IMG/VR virus record: IMGVR_UViG_2687453727_000003
From: an uncultured virus (IMG/VR IMGVR_UViG_2687453727_000003)
Taxonomy: Duplodnaviria > Heunggongvirae > Uroviricota > Caudoviricetes
Reading direction: 5' to 3' (one strand)
DNA length: 59,556 nt
Shown here: positions 11,127-19,774 of the stretch, piece by piece
Position numbering within the stretch: position 1 is the first letter of the stretch
How the letters are laid out: each line of letters starts with the position of its first letter
Position numbers and translations under genes: made by a program
The notes under the pieces: generated by a model
Databases searched by the model: none
The model's input: only the letters and a program-made list of their open reading frames with translations
What the model was told of the DNA's origin: nothing

Positions 11127-11528
11127 ATGGAGAATTCGACCATTGAAGAATTACAAGAACGAATTAGTTTATATAAAGATAAAATAGAGTTACTAACCAA
11201 AGATAATGTTAGACTATATAACGAAATAGAAGAAATAAAAGTTGATACAAATGTTATTAGCTCCAAGGAATATGATATTCTATTAGATAATATGGAATTA
11301 TTAAAATCGGAACTTGAAAAGTATAAGAATTTATATTTTCGCGAAAAACAGAAAAGTAAAGTTCATATAGTAAAGAAGTCAAAAATTGTTGGAAGAAAAC
11401 CTGTATCGGATGAATTAAGAAATAAAGTATTAGATTTAAAAAAGCAAGGATCAAATATAAGGAGCATTGCTAAGGAATTGAATATTGCGCTTGGTATTGT
11501 TCACAAAATAATTAATGAACAAAAATGA
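11127..11528 (+). CDS. Coiled-coil protein with C-terminal resolvase-like HTH
   Basis: GRKP...GSNIRSIAKELNIALGIVHKII; GGGGGA RBS. Confidence 0.75.
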   Translation: MENSTIEELQERISLYKDKIELLTKDNVRLYNEIEEIKVDTNVISSKEYDILLDNMELLKSELEKYKNLYFREKQKSKVHIVKKSKIVGRKPVSDELRNKVLDLKKQGSNIRSIAKELNIALGIVHKIINEQK

Positions 11529-11688
11529 TAAGTGAAATATCTATACAATGCTAAAATAGAATGTATGAAAAGGAGCATATCAGGATAATTAAAAATTATC
11601 TTAATATACTCCCTTTTGTTTTATTTTTCTAAATTAAATTACCATAAAAGTCTAAATATAAATTTTCCTACATTATAATATAAGAAAT

Positions 11689-11973
11689 TTAATCAAGATA
11701 ATTTTTAGGAAGATTGAATGCTTTAATTATTTTCTTCTTTGATGGCAAACTTGGATTAAAAATTCCTCTTTCCCATTGACCAATAGTGACTACTTTTCTA
11801 TTGATCTTTTTACCGAATTCAATCTGGGAAAGTCCGCTAAGATATCTAAGCTTACGAATTCTATTTGTTATATTATCTTCAAGGTCATTAAAAATAGCAT
11901 TAGCTAAAAATTCCCTATAATTAACAGTAAATAGCTCGAATACACTTTTAAATGTTGCACTTTTATACAGGTT
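11689..11973 (-). pseudogene. XRE-family HTH ORF lacking a start codon, 5'-truncated at the putative att junction
   Basis: 94 open codons including NRIRKLRYLSGLSQIEFGKKINRKVVTIGQWERGIFNPS; no in-frame ATG/GTG/TTG upstream of the HTH, hence absent from the ORF track. Confidence 0.8.
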
Positions 11974-12064
11974 GCAACCGGTTCTGGCAAAACTACTACA
12001 ATCTATACAATATTGAAAGAAATAGATTCCAAAGCTTTAAATATAACGACGTTGGAAGATCCAG
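11973..12064 (+). pseudogene. Internal fragment of a host GspE/PilB/ComGA-family secretion/pilus ATPase gene
   Basis: From 11974 reads ATGSGKTTTIYTILKEIDSKALNITTLEDP (Walker A plus Asp box); similarity stops at both ends. Confidence 0.85.
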
Positions 12065-12084
12065 AAAGTTTTAAATTGCACTAA

Positions 12085-13530
12085 CTAATAAATCAAGAGA
12101 TTATCACCATCCCATACTAATTTATCGAAAATTATGTTTATCAAATTTTGTTTATCCTCTAAATTTATTTTATTAAAATGTTTTACAAATTCATTTTTAG
12201 CTAGTTCTTTGTTTTTAAGCATTTCATCCTTTTTGCTTTTGTTATTTAGAACTATTTGATATTTGGTGTATTGCACATTTAGTTCTTCGATTTCGAGTGA
12301 GAGCTGTTCTGCTTTGTCTAACATAGATTTTGCAACAGCAGTTGAAGCAAGAGCAGACTTTTCCAAAAAACCATCATACATCTTTTTCTTTTTCTTAAGT
12401 TGTTTTTCTATATTTTCAGCAATATTAAATTCAATATTTTCATCATTTTTATTTAAGATTTTTTCAAGATTTCCGTTTTTTAAAGTAGAAAAAATTTTAT
12501 CTTCTATTTCATCAACTCTTATTCCTGAAAAACAATTTTTCTTGCATCTAAAATACATAGGCCTAGTTCCGTCTTTTCTTATGCTTCCATAGTTTATGCT
12601 CATTATTTTATTACATTGTTTACATATGATTTTATGTGCTAGCCAACTTTTAGTAGATATTCTAGGTGGTACATGTTCCAATGCCCTTAGCCTTTCTCTA
12701 ACTTTTATCCAAAGAGTAGAGTTTATTATTCCTTTATTTTGTGTTATTACCGCCAAATTAACCATTTTATCTTTTATAAACTTGTTGTATTTATAAGTCA
12801 TATAGCCATTACCATTAGGTTCTCCAATTACTTTATATCCAATAGTGGACAGGTATTTGTTGGAAATTTCATCTGATATTAAATAAATAGGATTTCTCAA
12901 AACAGTTCCTAAATTTCTAGGTGTTATTCCAGTTTCCTTAGAAATCGTCCACATAGAGTTACCAATAGAAAATTGGTTAAAAATATATAGGATTTCTTCT
13001 TTTTTCTCGATTTCCAAATACTTACCTCCAATTCCTTCAGAAGCAACACAACCATAAGGAGGAGTTCCTCCGCTCCAGCGACCTTGTTTAGCTAAACTAT
13101 ACATACCATCAATAGCACGTCTTTTAATATTTTCTCTTTCCATTTCAGCTAAAGAAGCTAATAACGTCATCATCATTTTTCCAGCAGGAGTTCTGGGATC
13201 ATAATTATCCTGAACACAAACCAAATCGACTCCAATTTTTTTTAACTCCTCAAATGTATTAAGGAAATCTAGAGTATTTCTAGCCATCCTATCAAGCTTA
13301 TAACAAGCAACAACATCAAATTCATTATTATGAGCATTAGCTATCATTTGTTTAAATGCCGGTCTGTTTATGCTTCCGCCGCTAAACCCATCATCAGTAT
13401 ATACAACAAACTTGCAGTTTTCTTTATTGAAATAATTTTTTATTATTTCAAGTTGCGCATCTATTGAAATACTATTTTCATCCCCTTTTACAGACTTTCT
13501 TAAATATGCTGCGATTTTCATAAAATTCAC
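12085..13530 (-). CDS. Large serine integrase
   Basis: AAYLRKS catalytic Ser, DDGFSG, RP, LDRMARN, recombinase domain, CxxC...YFRC zinc ribbon, coiled coil; stop 20 bp from the junction. Confidence 0.95.
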   Translation of the reverse strand: MNFMKIAAYLRKSVKGDENSISIDAQLEIIKNYFNKENCKFVVYTDDGFSGGSINRPAFKQMIANAHNNEFDVVACYKLDRMARNTLDFLNTFEELKKIGVDLVCVQDNYDPRTPAGKMMMTLLASLAEMERENIKRRAIDGMYSLAKQGRWSGGTPPYGCVASEGIGGKYLEIEKKEEILYIFNQFSIGNSMWTISKETGITPRNLGTVLRNPIYLISDEISNKYLSTIGYKVIGEPNGNGYMTYKYNKFIKDKMVNLAVITQNKGIINSTLWIKVRERLRALEHVPPRISTKSWLAHKIICKQCNKIMSINYGSIRKDGTRPMYFRCKKNCFSGIRVDEIEDKIFSTLKNGNLEKILNKNDENIEFNIAENIEKQLKKKKKMYDGFLEKSALASTAVAKSMLDKAEQLSLEIEELNVQYTKYQIVLNNKSKKDEMLKNKELAKNEFVKHFNKINLEDKQNLINIIFDKLVWDGDNLLIY

Positions 13531-13589
13531 CCTTTCGAATGTATGTTCTTTTTTGCGTATAGAAAATTCAGTCTAACCTAAACTTGTGA

Positions 13590-13892
13590 TTAGATTACAT
13601 TAGTTGCAAATTGGATTAAGCGTTGCAAAGCTATTGGGTTATTTTCAAATTCAATAGCTTCGCTTTCACATTCAGGAGTTTCTAAGTCGCTATTAAAATG
13701 TCTTAAGTGAATTAATTCATGTAGTAATTTCTTTATATTATATTCATAAGTCAAATTCGAATTTAGAATAATAACTTTTTGCCCGTTGTTGTCAATTGTT
13801 GCCCCTGTGAAAGTACATTCTAAATTAGTAAAAACAACTCTCAATTCTCCACAATCAATCATCTTTTTTGCATTTTTCATTATGTTAACCAT
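13590..13892 (-). CDS. ImmA/IrrE-like metallopeptidase (anti-repressor)
   Basis: LLHELIH...ESEA; lies between repressor and integrase. Confidence 0.75.
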   Translation of the reverse strand: MVNIMKNAKKMIDCGELRVVFTNLECTFTGATIDNNGQKVIILNSNLTYEYNIKKLLHELIHLRHFNSDLETPECESEAIEFENNPIALQRLIQFATNVI

Positions 13893-13906
13893 AGTAATAC
13901 CACCCT

Positions 13907-14266
13907 TTAGCTTTCTGTTTCTTCCTCAAACATCTCAATCATTTTTATTATTTTATTTTTATCTTTTTCAGTTAATTTTTCAAATTTGGAGAAGAATATC
14001 TTATTTTTTTCTATGTATTCATCAAGCTTATTAGTTTTAGATATGTCTTCTGAATCAGAAATATCACTTTCAAAAAATTCATTTACAGAAACATTAAAAG
14101 CTTTTGCAAGAAGTTCAAGAGAATCAGTTTCTATTTTTCTTTTTCCGTTCTCCATTTTACTTATAGTAGACTGAGGGATTCCTGTTAATTCGGATACATC
14201 ATAGGTTGTCAAATTTCTATTTAATCTTAAAAGTTTTAGCTTCTCATGAGGTTTCATTAAAATCAC
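13907..14266 (-). CDS. CI/ImmR-like XRE repressor
   Basis: HTH LTTYDVSELTGIPQSTISKMENGKR; divergent from cro. Confidence 0.9.
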   Translation of the reverse strand: MILMKPHEKLKLLRLNRNLTTYDVSELTGIPQSTISKMENGKRKIETDSLELLAKAFNVSVNEFFESDISDSEDISKTNKLDEYIEKNKIFFSKFEKLTEKDKNKIIKMIEMFEEETES

Positions 14267-14284
14267 CTTTCTATTTTCCTGTTT

Positions 14285-14437
14285 AATTCTATTTTAGAAT
14301 AATTCAAAAATAGAATTATGTCAAGCATTTTGAAGAAAAACGGAGCAATAGCGAGCTAGTTTAAGTATTTAATTCTAAAATGGAATTGTAAACGAAAAGA
14401 TTTAATTCTATAATGTAATTAATTCGAAAATGGAATT
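14285..14437. promoter_or_regulatory. Lysis/lysogeny switch: five 17-bp AATTC-N7-GAATT-like operators overlapping divergent sigmaA promoters
   Basis: Operators at 14285, 14301, 14371, 14404 and 14421; rightward TTGTAA-N17-TATAAT (14386-14414); leftward TTGACA-N17-TATTCT (14324-14296). Confidence 0.8.
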
Positions 14438-14448
14438 GAGGTGAGAAA

Positions 14449-14643
14449 ATGGAAGTAGGAAATAGAATTAAAGAACTAAGAAAACAAAAAAATATGTCAC
14501 AAAACAGCCTAGCAAAAAAAATAAAGAATTTAAACCAGTCTCAAATATGCAAAATCGAAAATGGAGATAGATCTATTAAAGCAGACGAGCTTAAAGAAAT
14601 TGCACACGCTTTGAATATTCCAGTTTCAGAATTATTAAATTAA
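14449..14643 (+). CDS. Cro-like XRE regulator
   Basis: RIKELRKQKNMSQNSLAKK...ICKIENG. Confidence 0.9.
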   Translation: MEVGNRIKELRKQKNMSQNSLAKKIKNLNQSQICKIENGDRSIKADELKEIAHALNIPVSELLN

Positions 14644-14661
14644 ATAGGGAGCTGAGTATTT

Positions 14662-14787
14662 ATGAATAAAAAAAAGAAGGAAATAAATTTAATATGGATG
14701 ATTACAAAGGAAGAGTTCGATAAAAGGTTTACCTTAGCAGTACAAGAATATTTCAAGAACTATACAGCTGAGGAGACTCAAAACTGA
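14662..14787 (+). CDS. Small protein, 41 aa (not in ORF track); RDF candidate
   Basis: MNKKKKEINLIWMITKEEFDKRFTLAVQEYFKNYTAEETQN; AGGGAG RBS; directly after cro. Confidence 0.55.
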   Translation: MNKKKKEINLIWMITKEEFDKRFTLAVQEYFKNYTAEETQN

Positions 14788-14983
14788 AATTGTGATTTCC
14801 AGATCACCCGAAAAGTCTTACTAAACTACGCAACATAATTTTCAAATAGTTAAGCAAGAAATTTAATTAATATAACAAATCTTATTTATCATATCTCACA
14901 ACTCGAAGCAATTACATTCAGTAATTTTCAGCTAAGAGTAAATATTAAATTTAAGTATAGAAGGAAGTGAGGAAATTATAAAA

Positions 14984-16063
14984 ATGAATGATTTAACTAT
15001 TGACAATGAGTTTAAAGACTTACTACCTCCATTATCAGAGGAACAAAAGGAAGAGCTCGAAAAAGACATAATTAAAAATGGTTGCATAAATTCACTAACT
15101 GTATGGAAGAACATTTTGATAGATGGCCATCACAGGCATGAGATATGCACAAGGAATAATATTCAATTCGATATAGTTGAAATGGAATTTAAGGACAGGC
15201 TCGAGGCTATGGAATGGATTTGGATGAATCAAAAAAATAGAAGAAATTTAACTAAGTATGAGTTAGCACAAATAGCACTGAAGTTTAAGCCAGTAATAGA
15301 AGCTAAAGCTAAAGAAAATCAATTATCAACACTTAAACAAAATACCGTTTTGACGAAATCATCAAAACGGGAAGATGAAAGAAAAGAGTCTGTTGAAGAA
15401 AACACCAACCTAGTTGATTCTGATGGAAATCAACCGATAGATGGACAAATTGATTTTACAGAAATAAATGAAGAAAAAGTGAAAAAGGTAGAGCCTATAA
15501 ACACTAGAAAGGAGATAGCAAAAATAGCAGGAGTTTCAGAGGATACAATCCATAAGGTTGAAGTTATCGAAGAAAAAGCTCCAGAAGAAATTAAGCAGCA
15601 AGTGAAGAAGGGAGACATAACAATTAATAGTGCTTATGTTCTTACTAAATCAGCTATAGAGGCAGACAAAAAGAACGCTGAATATGAAAAAGAGTACCAG
15701 GAGCAGTTGGAAAAAGAACAGCAAGAGAATGAAGAAAAGAAGAAGTTAGAAGAAATTCAAAAGAACCTTCCAGAAAATGCAGTTGTATTAGATAAATTCA
15801 GGAAACCAAAAGAAGCTCATATTTTTGGAATTGAAGACTTCAATAACCTAACAATGGATCAATTTAATGATTGTATAAAGCATTCTAAAAAATATCGTGA
15901 TGCAATTAGTAAAGTTGCATTATTAAGTACAGATATAGAGGCATTAATGGCATGGGGAGCAATAGCCAATACTCCAGATATTGTAGAAATAGAGCTACAA
16001 GATATTAATTCAGCTATCCAAAATTTAATTAAGATACAGAACTATTTTAAAGGAGGCAAGTAA
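14984..16063 (+). CDS. ParB/Srx N-terminal-domain protein with HTH
   Basis: LPPLSEEQKEELEKDI...LIDGHHR...NQKNRRNLT; TRKEIAKIAGVSEDTI. Confidence 0.8.
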   Translation: MNDLTIDNEFKDLLPPLSEEQKEELEKDIIKNGCINSLTVWKNILIDGHHRHEICTRNNIQFDIVEMEFKDRLEAMEWIWMNQKNRRNLTKYELAQIALKFKPVIEAKAKENQLSTLKQNTVLTKSSKREDERKESVEENTNLVDSDGNQPIDGQIDFTEINEEKVKKVEPINTRKEIAKIAGVSEDTIHKVEVIEEKAPEEIKQQVKKGDITINSAYVLTKSAIEADKKNAEYEKEYQEQLEKEQQENEEKKKLEEIQKNLPENAVVLDKFRKPKEAHIFGIEDFNNLTMDQFNDCIKHSKKYRDAISKVALLSTDIEALMAWGAIANTPDIVEIELQDINSAIQNLIKIQNYFKGGK

Positions 16064-16064
16064 T

Positions 16065-16466
16065 ATGAGTGAAGCATTAGAAAAAAAGGCCAAAGAAAAG
16101 ATACTAGAACAGATGGACGAGCTTGGCGGAGAAATAACTACAGATGACGTTGTAGAGCTATTAAGACCACACTATATATTTAATATCCGTAAGCTTAGGG
16201 AACAAGCGTTAAGAAGGACAGCCAATAACTTAATGGCAACATACCGTGATAATAAAGGTGTTAGAACTTGTTTTAGCTGTAAGGATGATAGCGGAAATTC
16301 AAAATATTTTAATATCGAAACTACAACTGATTTAAAAGCATTAAAAAACATTGAAATCCAGTTAAATAAAAAATATAAAGGTCTTAATATTTCTAAGAAA
16401 AAAGTTCAAAGAAGAAGAGACGAGCTTTCAGGACAAGTATCATTTAAAGAAGTTGAAAATTCATAG
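16065..16466 (+). CDS. Hypothetical phage protein
   Basis: ORF with AGGAGG RBS, coupled to the ParB-like gene. Confidence 0.75.
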   Translation: MSEALEKKAKEKILEQMDELGGEITTDDVVELLRPHYIFNIRKLREQALRRTANNLMATYRDNKGVRTCFSCKDDSGNSKYFNIETTTDLKALKNIEIQLNKKYKGLNISKKKVQRRRDELSGQVSFKEVENS

Positions 16467-16485
16467 ATTGAGGAGGAATTATAAG

Positions 16486-16926
16486 ATGCAAAAATACAGA
16501 TTACACGTTGATGAGACAATAAACAGATTAAACTTCATTGATATTGAAACAGAGCTAAATGAAAAAGAAGTTGATGCATTACTTACTAAAATTGAAAAAG
16601 AGGATATTACAAGTGCATTAGATTTAAAGCGAAGATTAGAGACACAAGGTGTGCAAGTAAAATCAATAAGAGTAGATAATGGACCTTATTACAGAAGAGC
16701 TGAAACATTGGAAATTGAGGAGCTAGAAGATGTCAAAAGGAAAGGAATTATGGTTAAGTTCAAAGCTTGTGATTTAAGCAAATCAATAATTGAACAAGCT
16801 ATCGATGAACTAAGGGAAAGGATGCATATTAGTATTTCAGTAAATGGGCCACAGTCTGACACAACTATTAAAATAAGTCAGCAACTGGATGAATTGATTG
16901 TTGTAGAAATGAGGTCTAGGATATGA
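16486..16926 (+). CDS. Phage protein with C-terminal Spo0E-like domain
   Basis: IDELRERMH...TIKISQQLDELIV (SQELD-like); GAGGAGG RBS; internal RBS plus ATG at 16750. Confidence 0.7.
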   Translation: MQKYRLHVDETINRLNFIDIETELNEKEVDALLTKIEKEDITSALDLKRRLETQGVQVKSIRVDNGPYYRRAETLEIEELEDVKRKGIMVKFKACDLSKSIIEQAIDELRERMHISISVNGPQSDTTIKISQQLDELIVVEMRSRI

Positions 16927-17111
16927 AAAAATGTGAAGATTGTGATGAATGCACATATATAGGCGAAGGTGATTATGTCTGCATTAAGGATGAACCTAAA
17001 ATTGTTATTACTGAATTTATTATTGCAACAGATGATTATGGACAATGTGGAAATAAAAAAGCTACCAAGAACCCCGACCAAAGCGTTCAAAGTAGCTACA
17101 ATAAGTTTTGA
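16923..17111 (+). CDS. Cys-rich small phage protein
   Basis: CEDCDECTYIGEGDYVC. Confidence 0.7.
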   Translation: MKKCEDCDECTYIGEGDYVCIKDEPKIVITEFIIATDDYGQCGNKKATKNPDQSVQSSYNKF

Positions 17112-17154
17112 AAATATTTCAAGAACATTATAACACATGAGAGGAGGAATTCAA

Positions 17155-17376
17155 GTGTTAGTTAGATGTCAGTGGAAAACTTGCATTAATTACAAGGATG
17201 GAATGTGTAAAGCTCCTGCAATAGAACTTAAGAGCTTTGACTATGAAGAAGATAATGAGGAACTTGAGGGATTAAAATGCGACAGTTATAAATATGATTC
17301 CTTTTGGATGTGTAAAGAAGGTAGAGAAGTTGACTCTAAAGATTTTAATAAGGAGGCTGATGTAGTTGGCAAATAA
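17155..17376 (+). CDS. Cys-rich small protein (DUF1540-like)
   Basis: VRCQWKTCINYKDGMCKA; GGAGG RBS before GTG at 17155. Confidence 0.65.
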   Translation: MLVRCQWKTCINYKDGMCKAPAIELKSFDYEEDNEELEGLKCDSYKYDSFWMCKEGREVDSKDFNKEADVVGK

Positions 17377-18199
17377 TCAGATACAAGCATATGTGATAGG
17401 TGCATTAAATGAGAAATTAACTAGTATGTTAGAAATAGAAAAGAAGGCACTCCCAGAAGGTTTTAATGGACTTAGGTTTAAGCAAAATGTTCTAAGGGTT
17501 TTAAATACTGTTAACTTAGAAAATATGAAAGGGCAGGAGTTTAACCTTGCTAAATGTATAATGCGTGGAGCATATCTGGACTTAGATTTTGCTAACAATG
17601 AATGCTATGTAATTACCTACAAGGGCAAACCGGAATTTATGACAGATTACAAAGGCGAAACCAAGCTTGTTAGGAAGTTTAGTTCTAAAAAAATTAAAGA
17701 TATTTATGCAAAGCTAGTTCGTTATGGTGATGAGTTTGAAGAAGGTGTTGACCATGGTAAGCCATATGTAAACTTTAAGCCAAAGCCATTTAATAATGAT
17801 GATATTACGGGAGTTTTTGCAGTTGTTTATTACGAAGATGGTGCGATGGAATACGAAACAATGTCTAAGGAAGAGGTTGAGTATATTCGAGACAATTGGA
17901 GCAAAAAGGATAAGTATGGGAAGTTTTCTGCTGCATGGGTAAAGAGCTTTGGTGAAATGGCAAAAAAGACTGTTTTGAGAAGACTTTGCAAACATATAAA
18001 TATTGATTTTGATAACATTAAGCAGCTTGAAGCATGGGAAGAAGGTTCGGATATGGAATTTGAAAATGAAAAACCCAAAGAAGCTGCTACAGAAAAAAGT
18101 GATCTTGAAAAAGAATTAGAGGAGAATGAGGACATTGTTAAACAAACTGATTTTGTAGATACTCCATTTGAGGAGGTTAATGAATATGGTGATAACTAA
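17366..18199 (+). CDS. recT: RecT-family single-strand annealing protein
   Basis: ECYVI...DYKGE, LVRYGDEF, W...FGEMAKKTVLRRLCK. Confidence 0.9.
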   Translation: MANNQIQAYVIGALNEKLTSMLEIEKKALPEGFNGLRFKQNVLRVLNTVNLENMKGQEFNLAKCIMRGAYLDLDFANNECYVITYKGKPEFMTDYKGETKLVRKFSSKKIKDIYAKLVRYGDEFEEGVDHGKPYVNFKPKPFNNDDITGVFAVVYYEDGAMEYETMSKEEVEYIRDNWSKKDKYGKFSAAWVKSFGEMAKKTVLRRLCKHINIDFDNIKQLEAWEEGSDMEFENEKPKEAATEKSDLEKELEENEDIVKQTDFVDTPFEEVNEYGDN

Positions 18200-18953
18200 A
18201 GAGAATTATTACAGCATAGAAGCCGATTTAAGCACTATGTCAGTATCACAGTACAAACTATTTAAGCAATGTGAATTAATGGCTATGGCAAAGCTAAAAG
18301 GGGAATATAAACAGAGTGAAAGTGATGCATTCCTATTAGGCAAATATATTCATTCATGGAGTGAAGGAACTTTAGATGATTTTAAAAAAGAAAATCCAAG
18401 CTTATATTCAACTCAAGGCAAAACTAAAGGGGAATTAAAATCAACTTTTAAAGTAGCTGAAACAATGGTTAAGTCCTTAGCAGATGATTCGAATTGTATG
18501 AAATTTTTGCAAGGCAAAAAAGAAGTAATCATTCAAGGCGAATTATTTGGTATTAAGTGGCGTGGAATGGTTGATGTATTGAACTTAGAAAAAGGATTCT
18601 TTACAGATTTAAAGACAACCCAAGGAATCCATAAAAAATATTGTGGATTGACCTTTATTGAGCATTACGGGTATATAGAACAAATGGCAATTTATAGAGA
18701 GTTAATTAAACAACAATTTGGCAAAGACTTAATTCCATACATTGTTGCAATAGAAAAGAATGATAATCCGCTTAAAGCAATAATTAAAGTAGATGAAAGG
18801 TACACCACACCAAAGCTTGAGGAAATTGAGTACAACATCGGGCGCATTATAAAAGTTAAAAGTGGAGAAGAAAATCCAATTGCGTGTGGTTTATGTGATT
18901 ATTGCAGAGCTAATAATAAGGTAACTCAAATTTTAACAATAGAAGAATTGTAG
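18180..18953 (+). CDS. PD-(D/E)XK exonuclease (RecT partner)
   Basis: MSVSQYK, WRGMVDVL...DLKTT, YIEQMAIY, CGLCDYCR. Confidence 0.85.
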   Translation: MNMVITKENYYSIEADLSTMSVSQYKLFKQCELMAMAKLKGEYKQSESDAFLLGKYIHSWSEGTLDDFKKENPSLYSTQGKTKGELKSTFKVAETMVKSLADDSNCMKFLQGKKEVIIQGELFGIKWRGMVDVLNLEKGFFTDLKTTQGIHKKYCGLTFIEHYGYIEQMAIYRELIKQQFGKDLIPYIVAIEKNDNPLKAIIKVDERYTTPKLEEIEYNIGRIIKVKSGEENPIACGLCDYCRANNKVTQILTIEEL

Positions 18954-18961
18954 GTGATTGA

Positions 18962-19756
18962 ATGGCTAAAGTGTACTATTGGCTTAAATTAAATAAGGAT
19001 TTTTTCAAAGGTAAAGAAATTAAGAAACTAAGGAAAATAGCTGGTGGAGATACTTACACAATAATATATTTGAAGCTTCAATTACTTAGTCTTAAGGATG
19101 AAGGAAAGCTGTATTTTGATGGAATAGAAGAAACATTTGCGGAAGAATTAGCCTTAGAACTAGATGAAGATTCAGACAATGTAAGTTTTGTATTAATGTA
19201 TCTAAAAAAGTGCGGATTACTGAAAGAAATTTCAGATTCAGAGTTACTTTTGAATGAGGTTCCAACGTCAATAGGAAAAGAGACAGATAAGGCTCAACTA
19301 ATGAGAAATAAACGCTTTAAGAATAAAAAATTAATAGAAAGTGGTAACAATGTTACCGAAGAGTTACCACCTGTTACTTTTTGTTACACAGAGATAGAGA
19401 TAGAGAAAGAGATAGAGAAAGATATAGATATAAATAAAAAAACTAAAAAAAGAAAAATAACTTCGATTGATTCTTTAATTAACAACTATACCAGTAATGA
19501 AGAATTGAGAAATACTTTAGTTGATTTTATAAAAATGAGAAAGTCAATTAAAAAACCTATGACGGATAGAGCTTTACAGATAATGCTTAAGAAGCTAAAG
19601 GGCTTATCGGAAAATGAAGAAATACAAATTAAAATTTTAGAAAATAGCATAGAGCATTGTTGGCAAGGCATATTCGAACTTAAAGAAGACCATAAGAACC
19701 AGACAACTATATCTAACAATAAAAAACAATATGATGCATTTCAATTTGATGAATAG
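18962..19756 (+). CDS. Phage replication initiator (replisome organiser N-terminal domain)
   Basis: YYWLKLNKDFF...IKKLRKIAGGDTYTIIYLKL. Confidence 0.9.
   Translation: MAKVYYWLKLNKDFFKGKEIKKLRKIAGGDTYTIIYLKLQLLSLKDEGKLYFDGIEETFAEELALELDEDSDNVSFVLMYLKKCGLLKEISDSELLLNEVPTSIGKETDKAQLMRNKRFKNKKLIESGNNVTEELPPVTFCYTEIEIEKEIEKDIDINKKTKKRKITSIDSLINNYTSNEELRNTLVDFIKMRKSIKKPMTDRALQIMLKKLKGLSENEEIQIKILENSIEHCWQGIFELKEDHKNQTTISNNKKQYDAFQFDE
19343..19430. repeat. Putative phage origin: phased iterons inside the initiator gene
   Basis: GGTAAC-AAT-GTTACC palindrome; GTTAC at 19352, 19363, 19373 and 19383 (10-11 bp spacing); followed by GAGATA repeats and an A-rich tract. Confidence 0.65.
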
Positions 19757-19774
19757 CTAAATAGAGGTGATTAG

